Source: Candidatus Obscuribacterales bacterium
GTDB taxonomy: Bacteria > Cyanobacteriota > Vampirovibrionia > Obscuribacterales > Obscuribacteraceae
DNA length: 64,000 nt
NCBI GenBank assembly: GCA_965228855.1
Contig: CBDDIJ010000005.1
Span: forward strand, 224,001 to 288,000
Direction: 5' to 3'
Shown: positions 8,664-21,000 of the stretch, in pieces
Layout of the letters: each line of letters opens with the position of its first letter
Position numbering within the stretch: position 1 is the first letter of the stretch
Made by a program: the position numbers and the translations under genes
The notes under the pieces: model-generated
What the model saw: only the letters and a program-made list of their open reading frames with translations
Told to the model about the DNA's origin: nothing
The model's database searches: none

Positions 8664-8977
8664 AAAAAAAATGTTCATCATACTCTCCGTTGAAGACGTG
8701 CACCGGGAGAGCCAATGCGGCAAATTGATTATGAAAGACACGAAGTCGCAGAACTTCCTGGTGCAGAAATTCGCTGCCGAGCTAGGCTTCTAGTTCGTGC
8801 TGAATTTGCTCCAGAGCTGGTATCGCATTCAACACTTCTTCTCTGGTTGTGCTGGTTGGGTGCAATTCCGAAAGCTTTGCAGTGTGAGCCTCTTCGAGAA
8901 AATGAATGTTCGGTTGAATTTTTTATATAGAGGTGTCGTGCGCTTCTCTTCTGGATAAGGTGCAGGGAAGCTCCCCC

Positions 8978-9002
8978 GAAACCTCTAGTCAATAGAGGTT
9001 TC
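8978..9002. promoter_or_regulatory. Perfect 10-bp inverted repeat GAAACCTCTA-N5-TAGAGGTTTC (hairpin or operator)
   Basis: Seen directly. Intergenic, about 450 bp upstream of the LamG-repeat gene. Confidence 0.35.
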
Positions 9003-9438
9003 CCTCTCTAGAATTAATAAATCCAGCCCCGCTCAGCACCAAGTGCTTGTTTTTGCGACTGCGCGATCGCACGCGATATACTAACAATCTGTCTTAAAGT
9101 TTCCTACGACACTACCAGTAGTATCATGACGAATTGCTGATTTTCAGAGACGTGAAACTCCGGTGCCCATATGCGTTCGGAGGATAACACCGTTTAATAT
9201 TAAATACGTTCGATCGACAAAAGATCACCCTAGAGAATGAAAAACGTATGTATGGCACGAGCACCAAAGGTGGTACCAGCTACTCTTTTGCAAATTAATG
9301 ACGCAAATTTGAATGCGACGTGCATAATGGAGATAGCGAGGACCGCATACGCAGTCGTAGCAGGCATCTCTAGCACCATATAACATCCACCAATTTTCCC
9401 AGTCATAAGCAGACTGGAAAGCGACAGGCTTTCGATAT

Positions 9439-12400
9439 ATGCGTTTTAATTTGCACCCGCTTAGGGCGCGCGATTCCATGAGTCGTTTGTCCATCGCACA
9501 GTTTCTGCAGAATCTACTTCTCAGCATCTTAATCGCGTGCCCAAGCAACATAGCGTTTCTGGTACTGCCTGCGGAAGCACAGTCTACAAATTGGGGCGTC
9601 GTCAACATAAACACTACTGGCACCGGTACAAGCAGCTCCTTAGTTGGAGGTCAGCTTACACTGAACGCTGCCGGGAGCGGCTTCGGTGGCACCTCTGATA
9701 GTGTCAGTTTCGTTCAAGTCAAAACCTCTGGTAATGTCGAGATGATTACCAAGGTTTCTATTCCGAATTCAAATCTAGCGCCACCTGAGGCGCCAGCCGG
9801 GCTCATGATTCGAAGCTCTTTCGATTCCAAAAGCATTCAAGCCTCAGTCATAGTGACGCCTCAAAACGGGGTCAATTTCTTTAGTCGAACTTCTTACGAG
9901 GGAGAAAATCGTCTCACAGTCGGCCCCTCACTACCTCCACCTACTTGGGTTCGAATAGTCAGAAGTGGAGACACTGTTGCTGGCTACCAATCTGCAAATG
10001 GCTATACATGGACTCTTGTCGGGACAACAAAATTAAGCCTAACCAGCACGTTTTACATTGGTCTGGTCGGAGCGAGTGTCGCAGATCCGACCCTTCAAAC
10101 GTTCAATTTCAGCAACACGGTATTCATGCGTGACGTCCCGCAGCGTAGCGCGGACATGGCTCTGTGGCTGAGAGCCGATGTAGGAATTACAACAAACGGA
10201 CTCACCAGCGTCACCGGATGGCAGGATCAAAGCAACAACGTTTACACTGCAGCTCAACCGATATCAGCGAACAGACCCGAGATGATAGCCGACTCCATTA
10301 ATGGCTTGGCGGCTGTCAATTTCAACGGGAGCAGCAAATGGCTTCAGCTGCCGGCTGGTTATACAAATTTCGATAAAGGCGCAACCGTGTTTGCTGTGAT
10401 AAAGCCCCCCTCTGGTTCCGCATTGTCAGATGCTCGAATTTTTGACTTCGCGAATGGCGCCAATAACGGAGCCTTTCGACTGTACCAACCCACGAAAAGC
10501 GGCGTCTCTTTTGCATTCTACAACAGCGGAACAAAGACAGTGAATGCTACTAGTGGTATCACCAGTGGTTTCAACATAGCGGAGGTAGTCCATGACGGCT
10601 CCAATGCGGGGACCATTTCAGTGAACGGTGGAACTGCAGTTTCAAACGGCGCGATGGGACCTATTCCCGTAGTTTTACGGCAAAGCAACTTCATAGGGAA
10701 AGGGTACACTAACTCCGCATATTTCGAAGGTCAAATGGCAGAGATCTTGATCTACAATCGACCGCTCACGGATGCAGAGCGCAGCCGGATCAAATCATAC
10801 CTGTTTTACAAGTACGGCTTAGGGACAACACCTCCAGTCTCCCCCCCGGAGGCGACTGCTGCTCCGGCGTCAGCGCCCCAAGAAATCTATAGCCCTGCCA
10901 CAGGTGTGTATGCCTCTTCCGTAAATGTGAGTCTAACCGCCGACCCTCTAACCGAGATAAGGTACACGACTAACGGCACGAATCCGACGCCAGGGAGTAC
11001 GCTCTATGCCGGACCGATTCCCGTGATTACTAGCGGCACAACCACGATCAAGTCTATTGCCGTCGAGGGGGCGAATCAAAGTGTGGTGGCTACTGAAACT
11101 ATACAGATAGATCCGAATTCATCAAACGTGACCAGAGCGGGTCTAAATTTATGGCTTAAGTCTGACTTCGGAGTCACGAAAGATGGAGCAAACAACATAA
11201 GTAAATGGTCAGACGTCTCAGGAAATCATATGGACGGTCTTGTGACGTCCAACCAAGCTCCTAAATATTTGTCATCAGATCCACCCAATATCAATAGTGC
11301 TCCTGTCGTAGAGATAACCAACAGCGGCACTAGCATAAAGCAATGGTTTGAGATGCCCAGGGATTTCGCGTCGTTCCCAAATGGAGCTAGCGTCTTCATT
11401 GTTGCAAATCCATTTGCGAGTTCTGGTGGCGGCGACAAGTTTATCGAGTTGGGGGCTGACCCCTCCTCTTCCGCAGTTCAATTGTATGTAAAGTCGAAAA
11501 ACACGGGCACAGGCGTTTCAACTTTCAGCTATCGAGTGTATAACGGAAACCAAACGAGTATTGACTTCAACGGCAGCATGAATCAGTATCAGCTGCTCGA
11601 AGTCGTGCAAAGTGGCTCAAGCGTTTCGACGTACAAGAATGGAACATCTACAGGAACGGCTACTGGCTTTAATCTTATCCCCAATTCCGCGCGCCTCGGC
11701 AACTTCATCGGTAACGCAATTGCCTCCGCCAGAATAGCAGAAATTATCGTCTACAACAGACCCCTCGTCGATGCAGAGCGCTTTGGAATTGAAGCGTACT
11801 TTCATACCAAGTACGGTCTCGGGGCTGCGCCGACTCTCGCCGCTCCAATATTTACACCGAAGTCCGATGTGATCTGTGACGCAGAAAAATTTATATCGCT
11901 AGAGGCACCTTCGGAAGCTAGTATTTTTTACACGATCAGCAATACGTCTACGCCGCCTCCAGATCCAACAAATACACCAAGTCCAACAAACTTTTTGTAT
12001 AGCGCTCCGTTCAAGCTAACTCAGAATTCAATCGTCAAGGCGAGGGCATTTAAGTCGGGATACGCAGGCAACCAAAGTTCGGTGACGACTGAAACCTATA
12101 AGTTCGACTCGACCACGTGTGCAATCAGAAAAGACAGTTTGCTGACATGGCTTCGTTCAGACGTAGGAATAACAGTGGACGGCTCGACAACTAATGTAAC
12201 GTCGTGGGCCGATATCTCAGGAAAGAATGTAGTCGCCCTTCAAAACACATCTGGAAATAGACCAGTTCTTAACCCAACTGGCATAAATGGATTCCCATCC
12301 ATTAGCTTTTCGACCAACAAGTTTTTAAGCTTACCAGATGTCTACAATGATTTCAGTCAAGGCATGACAGCGTTTGTAGTAGCTAAAAAGACTGGCTCAG

Positions 12401-15072
12401 TTGGCGGTCCGTTTTTCGGCTTTTCAACGGCGACAACGGGAGCAGATACCGTTCAATTTGGTCCAACCAGCGACACAAACTTACGCTTAACGGTGTCTTC
12501 CGGTACTACCGCAACAAACCTAAATGCGCCGCAGACATCGGACGCAAATTTCCATGTGTACGAAACCGTCCATAATGGAACAACAGTGGCTTCGATTCTC
12601 CGAGACGGAAATCAGCTCAATCTAAGTTCCGGAATGAATCCTATATCGAATGTGAGTCGGGGGTGGAGCTATGTTGGTCGAGGTGATGTTGGACCAACAC
12701 CGATCAGCACTACATATTTTAACGGTGAAGTCGCAGAAATAATTATTTACCGGAAAGAACTAGATCCAGACGAGCGAAGAGCAATCGAAGAGTATCTGTT
12801 GGCTAGGTACGGAACTTATATAACGCCACCGACCATAACTCCAGCAAGCGGGGCTCTTCCGACTGATTATCCGATCACTATGACGGCCAAAGATCCTGGA
12901 GCTCAAATTATCTATTCAGAGAACGGCGGTGCCTATGTGCCCTATGTACCTGGGAATCCTCCGAAGATGCATAACGGGTTGGTTTCCATCACAGCAAAAT
13001 CAGTATTGACCTGGGGACAGTCAAGTCCAACGACTGCGGTATTTCAGCTAGACGACAATACCGCAAATTTGCCGAGGTCTGAGATGATTTTATGGCTCAA
13101 AGGAGATTTCGGTGTCACTTTTGATGCATCAAATCGTGTATCAAACTGGAAGGACATTTCTGGCTCAAATTATCACGCAACTCAGGGTACCACAGCGAAT
13201 CAGCCGACTTACAGTGCAACAGCCGTTAATGGAAAGCCATCAATCAATTTTTCCGGAACTCAGTGGATGCAGTTAGCATCCGGCTTCAGCAATTTTGCCG
13301 ACGGTGCCACGGTCTTCCTAGTAACAAAGCCCCCCTCATCGGTATCAGCTGATGCGCGTTTCTTCGACCTATCGAGCCAAACAACCAGCTCGCTTAGCAA
13401 CAACTTGATTCTGTCTCAACCAACAAGCGGCTCGAGTCAATTTTACGTATATGACAGCAATGGAAACGTTAGTTCGGTTTTAGCCGAAAGCTCAGTCACC
13501 CAAAATCAGTTTCAACTCCTGGAGGCTAATCATACTGGCCGACAAGCTGCGACGCTCCTAACGAACGGAGACAAAGTTTCGACGGGCGCTATTAAAAATC
13601 CTGCAAATGTGCAACGAACGGCAAATTTTCTCGGCAAAGCATGGGGTTCAGCAAACTACTTCCAAGGCTCCATCTCAGAGTTAATAATTTACAATCGATC
13701 TCTTCTCCCTGAAGAAAGAAGAGCTGTCGAGGCTTACTTAATTGGACGATACGCACTCACCAACAAGCCAGTAAAACCTACAATTCTTCCATATGATGGA
13801 GTTTACTCCGGCCTGCTCGGAAAATCTGCGAGCATTGGTCCCGTCTCGATGTTTGCATTCCCCAACGCTCCTACACTTGATATCGAGATTCACTACACCA
13901 CAGACGGTACCACGCCAACCGCACTCAGCTCGAAGTATGAGGGGCCAATCTTTGTCAGTAAATCCACGGTCATAAATGCGATTGCTACTAAGCAGGGCTC
14001 CCCTTCGAGCGACGTAGCAACGCGATACATAAACATCTCACCACAAGCTGACAGTGTCTCTCGCGATGGGCTACAGCTTTGGTACAAGAGTGACTTTGGC
14101 GTTATCACTGACGGTAATACTGTTAACAACTGGATTGACTTGTCGACTACTGGTCGAGAAATTAATGCATTCCAGTCCGAAGTGAATAAGCAACCTATCT
14201 ACTCAAGCGACTATTCCTTTCCGCGAATTACAACAGGAGTAGATCCTCGCTACTTTGAGGTTGAATCTGGATTGTCGGACTTTTCGAAAGGCCTAACCTT
14301 CTATGCTGTGACTAGACCGCTCTCGACAGCTACAGGGACTGATTCCTGGATATTCGCAGCCTCAAACGGTTCCACCACAAACAACGTTGAGGTGCGAGAT
14401 GATGCCAGCGCTGAACGCGCGCGACTACGAATTCAAGCAAATGGTAACTCTGTTGTTGGAACCGGTGATAGCCTCGTTGCAAATAAGTTCCAGATTTTGG
14501 AAGGAGTGCAAAATGGCTCGGGCAATTTGGGGACCCTATCGGTGGATGGGACTCAGGTCGGCTCTGGTACGCTGACACCAGCAGTCAATGTAACCAGAAT
14601 GTTGAATCGCCTCGGCGCAAATCCAACGTCAAGCGCCGAAAATTACATCGGCGACTATGTAGAACTTTTGGTATACAACCGATCTCTAACTGATAGCGAA
14701 CGACTCGCTGTTCAAAACTATCTGAAAGTAAAATACCAAACTCCGTATATTCAAGGTACTGCGCAGCCGGTGCTGCAACCTGTTGGAGCCACCTACTCCG
14801 GACCTTTGGATGTCGCGCTGACGGGTCCAACTGACGCAGTTATTTTTTACACCACCGACGGCACGACTCCAACAACTAGTTCGAAAATCTATTCAAAACC
14901 GATAAGAATCACATATACGACAACGGTGAAGGCAATTTCTGTTCTTAATGGAATAACGAGCGCCGTATCAAGCCAGGTCTACACGCTCAACGCCGATATG
15001 TTCCGTCCACCAACCGGGAACCCCACGCAAATGCAGCTGCAAATTCCAACAACGGCAATCCCTCTAATCTAA
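9439..15072 (+). CDS. Large secreted protein with five LamG/ConA-like + chitobiase/Fn3-associated (CHB_HEX_C-like) modules
   Basis: Signal peptide (probable start ATG 9478, AEA|Q). Repeated W(L/Y)xxD module starts at 10165, 11152, 12148, 13093 and 14080, each ending E(I/L)xxY.R.L...ER..I..YL..(K/R)Y and followed by IxY(T)TDGTxPT-like domains. Confidence 0.85.
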   Translation: MRFNLHPLRARDSMSRLSIAQFLQNLLLSILIACPSNIAFLVLPAEAQSTNWGVVNINTTGTGTSSSLVGGQLTLNAAGSGFGGTSDSVSFVQVKTSGNVEMITKVSIPNSNLAPPEAPAGLMIRSSFDSKSIQASVIVTPQNGVNFFSRTSYEGENRLTVGPSLPPPTWVRIVRSGDTVAGYQSANGYTWTLVGTTKLSLTSTFYIGLVGASVADPTLQTFNFSNTVFMRDVPQRSADMALWLRADVGITTNGLTSVTGWQDQSNNVYTAAQPISANRPEMIADSINGLAAVNFNGSSKWLQLPAGYTNFDKGATVFAVIKPPSGSALSDARIFDFANGANNGAFRLYQPTKSGVSFAFYNSGTKTVNATSGITSGFNIAEVVHDGSNAGTISVNGGTAVSNGAMGPIPVVLRQSNFIGKGYTNSAYFEGQMAEILIYNRPLTDAERSRIKSYLFYKYGLGTTPPVSPPEATAAPASAPQEIYSPATGVYASSVNVSLTADPLTEIRYTTNGTNPTPGSTLYAGPIPVITSGTTTIKSIAVEGANQSVVATETIQIDPNSSNVTRAGLNLWLKSDFGVTKDGANNISKWSDVSGNHMDGLVTSNQAPKYLSSDPPNINSAPVVEITNSGTSIKQWFEMPRDFASFPNGASVFIVANPFASSGGGDKFIELGADPSSSAVQLYVKSKNTGTGVSTFSYRVYNGNQTSIDFNGSMNQYQLLEVVQSGSSVSTYKNGTSTGTATGFNLIPNSARLGNFIGNAIASARIAEIIVYNRPLVDAERFGIEAYFHTKYGLGAAPTLAAPIFTPKSDVICDAEKFISLEAPSEASIFYTISNTSTPPPDPTNTPSPTNFLYSAPFKLTQNSIVKARAFKSGYAGNQSSVTTETYKFDSTTCAIRKDSLLTWLRSDVGITVDGSTTNVTSWADISGKNVVALQNTSGNRPVLNPTGINGFPSISFSTNKFLSLPDVYNDFSQGMTAFVVAKKTGSVGGPFFGFSTATTGADTVQFGPTSDTNLRLTVSSGTTATNLNAPQTSDANFHVYETVHNGTTVASILRDGNQLNLSSGMNPISNVSRGWSYVGRGDVGPTPISTTYFNGEVAEIIIYRKELDPDERRAIEEYLLARYGTYITPPTITPASGALPTDYPITMTAKDPGAQIIYSENGGAYVPYVPGNPPKMHNGLVSITAKSVLTWGQSSPTTAVFQLDDNTANLPRSEMILWLKGDFGVTFDASNRVSNWKDISGSNYHATQGTTANQPTYSATAVNGKPSINFSGTQWMQLASGFSNFADGATVFLVTKPPSSVSADARFFDLSSQTTSSLSNNLILSQPTSGSSQFYVYDSNGNVSSVLAESSVTQNQFQLLEANHTGRQAATLLTNGDKVSTGAIKNPANVQRTANFLGKAWGSANYFQGSISELIIYNRSLLPEERRAVEAYLIGRYALTNKPVKPTILPYDGVYSGLLGKSASIGPVSMFAFPNAPTLDIEIHYTTDGTTPTALSSKYEGPIFVSKSTVINAIATKQGSPSSDVATRYINISPQADSVSRDGLQLWYKSDFGVITDGNTVNNWIDLSTTGREINAFQSEVNKQPIYSSDYSFPRITTGVDPRYFEVESGLSDFSKGLTFYAVTRPLSTATGTDSWIFAASNGSTTNNVEVRDDASAERARLRIQANGNSVVGTGDSLVANKFQILEGVQNGSGNLGTLSVDGTQVGSGTLTPAVNVTRMLNRLGANPTSSAENYIGDYVELLVYNRSLTDSERLAVQNYLKVKYQTPYIQGTAQPVLQPVGATYSGPLDVALTGPTDAVIFYTTDGTTPTTSSKIYSKPIRITYTTTVKAISVLNGITSAVSSQVYTLNADMFRPPTGNPTQMQLQIPTTAIPLI

Positions 15073-15093
15073 AACGCCTCCGAGAAATCATTC

Positions 15094-18000
15094 ATGGAAC
15101 TTCATCAAAATCTCAAAACTAGAAAGTTAACGACACTTTTCTGCGTTGTGCTGTTACTAAGTGCGCTGATTGCGCCAGGTAACGCAATTGAGCAAGACTC
15201 AGGTCCCAAGACGGTTAAAGTCAGAAAAGGCTCAACTAGCGTGAGGCTTTTCAAGCCTCAACTTGAAATTCCCGAAAACCCTACGGACGAGGACATAGCC
15301 TCGGCACGAGTCTTCCCTGAAAGGCTTCGGCCCACTTCAAGCAGCGAAGCACTAGTAGCGGAAAATCAAAAACTGAAAGAAGCCATTATGGCTTTCAAGG
15401 CTAAAAACAATAAAGAGGATCTATCCGACCTTGAACATTTTATCGGTAGTTTTCCGAAATCTCGTTGGAATCCAGCGATTCAGCTAAACATGGCCAAACT
15501 TCGATTTGAAACAGGGTATTTTAGCGATGCGCTTTCTCTCTATCAAACAGCTTGGAACACACTGAAAAACGAAAACGGCAGCCAGCAGTCAACGTTGGCA
15601 AATGAAGTCTTGTCAGAGTTGATGGTGTTGAGTGCGCGCTTGGGGCGAAGAGATGAGTTGAAGACGTATCTCCAAGAGACGAATGGTCGAACGCTCTATG
15701 GCTCAATGGAAGAGCAAATCGATGATGCTAGAACCGGCTTTAAATATATGGAGACAAGTCCTCAACTCGCCTACAAATGTGGTCCCTATGCTTTAAATTC
15801 GATTCTGAATTTAAAGGGACTGACAAAGGGACGCCATCCCGTTATCGAACAAGCAAGTTCAACTCATCAAGGTACTAACCTCCTCCAACTCAAAAACTGG
15901 GCACGTCAGTGTGGACTAGACTTTCAAATTGCGAAGCGATCACTCGGCGCTCCAGTATTGATACCATCAGTAGTGCACTGGAAGGTTGGACACTTCGGGG
16001 CCCTCGTAAAGAATCACAACGGACGTTTCCAAGTCAGCGATCCGACCTTTGACACGGATGGAAATTTTTGGCTGAGCGAAAAAGCACTTGATACTGAATG
16101 CGATGGCTACTATTTAGTTCAAAATGGACCGCTTCCTGTCGGCTGGGAGGCAGTATCAGACAGCGAGGGAAGCCGGGTTTGGGGTAAAGGAGAGGCAAAG
16201 GGACGCGACAATGACGAACATACGCCCCCATGCCCAAAGTGTTATGAGTGCGGCAAAAATGGTGGCATGGCGCGCGCAACTGCCTTCAAAATGCTAGCCA
16301 CACTACAAATTGAAGACACGCCCATAGAGTACACTCCTCCGGTTGGTCCACAGATGGACTTCACCCTGACATACAACCATCTTGAGACCAATCAACCATC
16401 GTCGCCTGCGTTTACAACTTTTGGTCCTGACTGGAATTTTAACTGGCTGTCCTACCTGACCATCGATGCCTCCGGGAACGCGACGGTCAGGGTACGAGGA
16501 GGCGGTTCCGAAGTCTTCAATTACACTCAACCGAACAATGTGAGCAATCCGTATGCCCCTAATTTGTTGTCACAGGCTATCCTCGCAATCACGGATAAGG
16601 AGCGTTACGAACGTCAATTGCCTGACGGCTCGGTGGAGGTATTCGATCAGCCGGACGGTACCGGTAGATTTTTCATGACCAAAGTAATTGATCCTCAGGG
16701 CAACACCGTAAGCATTCAATACAACACGAACTTCAGAATTGAAACAATCACGGACGCGATTGGGCAGGCTACAGAACTTCAGTACTTAGCAAATCAGGTT
16801 TCGAACGTCGATTACTTTAAGGTCAAAAGTATCTCAGATCCGTTCTCGAGAGAAGCGACACTCACTTATGACGCGAGCAAAATTCATATCGTCACCATTA
16901 CTGATGTAATTAGCTTGCAGTCCAAATTCCTCTATGAACCTGCGTCATCATTCATACTGACGATGAGCACTCCATATGGTATCACTTCATTTCAAAACTA
17001 CGTGCCAAAGTCGGATCTTAACCATACAGATCCCCTAGCGACAGCAGCACTTGCGAAGGGAATTCGATTCACGTATCCGGACAGCACGGCAATGGTGGTG
17101 GAAAACTGGTTGAATTTTGCACAGCGAAGTTATTATTGGGACCGACATGCCATGGAGTTGTATCCGGGAGATCCGAGCGCAAATATCTATGCTCACTGCG
17201 AACAGACGCAATGGCAAATGATTTATGGTTCAACCATCTTAGAATCCTCCGTACCGGACTGGGTGAAACTACCCTTGGAGAGTCGTATAACCTATCAATA
17301 TGACGAGCAGGTTCCTCATGGTAATTTGCATTACACAGGCACGTCAAACAGACCTATATCGGTATCGCGAACCATCACAGGTGGTGCGACTCAGAAATCA
17401 GAGTTTCAAAACAATGCGTTTGGACGAGTGATCCAATCAAAAGACCCAATAGGAAGAAAGAAAAACTTTTACTACGCCGCAAACAATATCGATCTTCTTG
17501 AAGTCCGCCAGACAAGAGGCTCTAACAATGACTTGCTCGAGAAGTGGCAGTACAATGACAAGCACCTACCTCTGGTCTACATCGATGGCTCTGGTCAAAC
17601 ATCAACCTTCTCATACAACGCTAACGGTCAAATTCTAACCTTCACCGATCAGGATCACAAAGTCACCACATATGGTTACACCGGTAACTATCTGACATCC
17701 GTAGATGGACCTCTTACAGGGGATAAAGATAAAACAACACTTTCCTACGATGGATATGGACGCCTGTACCAGATCACAGACTCAGTGGGCTATACGCTCA
17801 CGTACGATTACGATGCAGCAAACAGGGTAACGAAAACTACTTATCCGGACGGAACCTTCGAAGAGTTACTCTATGACAGATTGGATGTTGTCGCGAGCAA
17901 AGATCGCATCGGTAGGTGGACGACTTCCTCTTATAACTCACTGGATGAACTCGTGAAGATGACTGATCCTCTTGGCCGTTCCACTGAGTATTCTTGGTGT

Positions 18001-21000
18001 AGTTGCGGGTCACTCGTGTCTCTTACAGATGGCGCCGGCAACAAAACAAGATGGCATCACGATCTTCAAGGTCGAACGATTCAAAAGATATATGCGGACC
18101 AAAGTAGTTATCAATTCGAGTACGAGGACTCCTGCAGCAGCGGACGACTCAAGAGGCGCACGGATGCACTAAATCAAAGAACTGATTACCTTTATAATCT
18201 CGACGATACGCTCAGTAACATAAATTACTCGAACTTGGCGGTTCCACTCTCGACTTCAAATGTCGCGCTCACGTGGGATCAAAACTACGAACGTATCTCG
18301 ACAATCACAAATGGCTGGGGAACTCTCACTTATGCCTACAACTCCTTCGTCACAAACCCATACGCGACTCCGATTTTTGGCGGTGGAAAGCTTCGCACCG
18401 TCACCAACAATGTCATCGCAAATTCCGGTATCGAATACTTTTACGATAAGGTTGGTCGTCAAATCAAGCGGGAGATCGATGGTGCTAGTAATCCCGTGAC
18501 ATGGGCTTACGATGCAATGAGCAGAGTGACAAGTGAGGCTAACGCGCTCGGAACTTTCAATTACTCATATGTTGACCAGAATGCAACTGGCGGCGATAGA
18601 GGCACAACAAGGCTCGCCAAGATTGATTATCCGAGTCCAAACAACCAAGATACTTACTTTTCCTATTATGGAAACACGGGCGACCAACGCTTGGAGCGAA
18701 TTAGCAACCAAGCATCGTCAGGTTCAATTATTTCTCAATTCGATTATGGGTATGACCCGGCCGGACAAATTACAGAATGGCAGCAATTTCAAAACAATAA
18801 AAAGCTTTGCTACAACCTCGACTATGATAGTGCGGGACAATTGGTGAGCGCCCAGGCGGGGTCTGGTTCATTTTCGCCGCCATTCGCCAGGGAGCATGTT
18901 TATAGTTACGACTTTGGGGCCAACCGGTCGAGTGTTCAAAACAGTGCGGTGGAAACGATTCAAATTAGCGGAACAAAGAAAACGGGTGACATTTTAACTA
19001 TCACCATATTCGATACCGGGCTATCCGGAGGACAGAAAGTTATCACCTACACTGTAGGTCCCTCCGACACTTTAGCCTCAATCGCGCAGAGCCTAGTTAA
19101 CTTGATTAATCAAGATTCTAGTCTGCAATCAGTGGGGATCAACGCTGTTTCAGCAGGTCCCCTAGGACCACCTTGCGTCACCATCCGCTCTGTTTCGAGA
19201 AACACCACCACATACGCAACCTCGGTCAGCTTCGGCTCCACCGAAACCATGAAATCCATAGTTTGGGGCAACGGGACATCGAATATCATAATCTCTGGTG
19301 CTAAAACTGCTGGTGACGTCATTTCAATAACGGTGCGTGATGCAACGTTGACTCAAACAGTTTCTTACCAAGTCCAATCCACAGACACGCTTATCTCAAT
19401 TGCCGTTGGTCTAAAGAACGCTATCAATGCTAACAGCACGCTAACAGCGGCCGGGATTACGGCAACGTCAGGTTCAAGTGGAATTGATGGAGTCTTGAGC
19501 GTGAGTTCGAGCTCCATAAATGCGACCAACTACAGCCTAGCGACAAGTGCGAACTCAACAGAAAGCCTAGTGCTAAGACCGAATATGAATAATGACCAGC
19601 GTGTCCCCATAAGCTTTGGAATTTATCCGAGCGGTAGGGACTTTTCTATTCGAGTCTTCGATAAAAGTCTCCCGGGCGGGATGCAGGAGTTCAACTACAC
19701 AACGCAAACGTCTACTTCGTCCTCGTCTATTGAAACTGTACTGGCCGTGTTAATCAATTCGAATCCGTACATGATCCAATCTCAGATTTATGCCGATGCA
19801 GGATCTGGTGTGAATATCACGTCTAAGTCAATAAATAAGACTTCTATTTGGGCCGGACTTCCTGACTATTCGACTGGCGTAGTGACATGGTACTCGATTT
19901 TTCCCGAACGGCAGCAAGGCCAGACAATCACCATAGGCGGCACCATTACTACAAACGACACGATATCACTTGATATTTACTCAGGTTCGCCGACACCGCG
20001 AACGGTTAACTACACTGTACCAAGTGGCGCCACCACAACCTCAGTAGCTGCTGGTCTCGCGGCTCTCATGCCGAATGCAATTTCATCATCCACAGTAGTG
20101 TACTTTCTTGAAGCCCCTCCAGCGACAGTCGTTGCCCGGCTCAATTCCGGAGCTACTGAGACAGTTACCGTTGGGCCAGCTATAGGCTCCGAGCGATCCT
20201 TTTGCAATAACGCCAACGAACTTGTAGGTCAGACGACCGGCGGTCCCGTTGCAGTACAAGCTGCATTCAATCGACCAGTTTCTGCAGCTGAAGTCAATAG
20301 CAATGTGATTCTGCTCAATTGCAAATCTCCAAACTCTACGACTTACTCTGTCTCCGCCAGCTCCGGGACTGAGTCAATTGCACTCGGCTCAAATTTTAGC
20401 GGTAATACCACGGTCAAAATTGGAGGAACTGGATCATCCGCTCAGACGATGTCGTTGACGGTTCACGACTCCAGGTTAGCCGGTGGAACTAAGACTATTT
20501 CTATTTCTACTCCCGGTGTAGGCATATCTCTAAGTGCGACGGCCGCTCTTCTCAGTGCTGCTGTCAACTCCGATCTGGAGCTGTCCGCGATCGGAGTTGG
20601 CGCAGAAAACAACTCGAATGCGTCCTTGCAAGATGCTCAGCATGCTGCAGGAAGTGCTCAGTTTGCTGATTCTCAAAACGAACTTCGGATCAAAGTGTCT
20701 TCGGACCCAAACTTATTTACTCAAGTCATCCCGGTCACCGGTAGCAGTTCTCAAAAGACTTTCACTCACGATGCTAACGGAAACCTGACCAGCGACGGGA
20801 CGAATACTTACGAGTGGGATGCCGAAAATAGACTTATAAAAATCAGTTATCCGGGAACGAACAATTACAGCCAGCTAACTTATGATGGAACGAGTCGGCT
20901 CTGCAAGATTGTGGAGACTGTCTCAGGCACGGTTACTGAAACTCGGCAGATCGTTTGGAGTCAGTTGGCAAAGTGTGAAATCAGGGATGGCAGCGGCACC

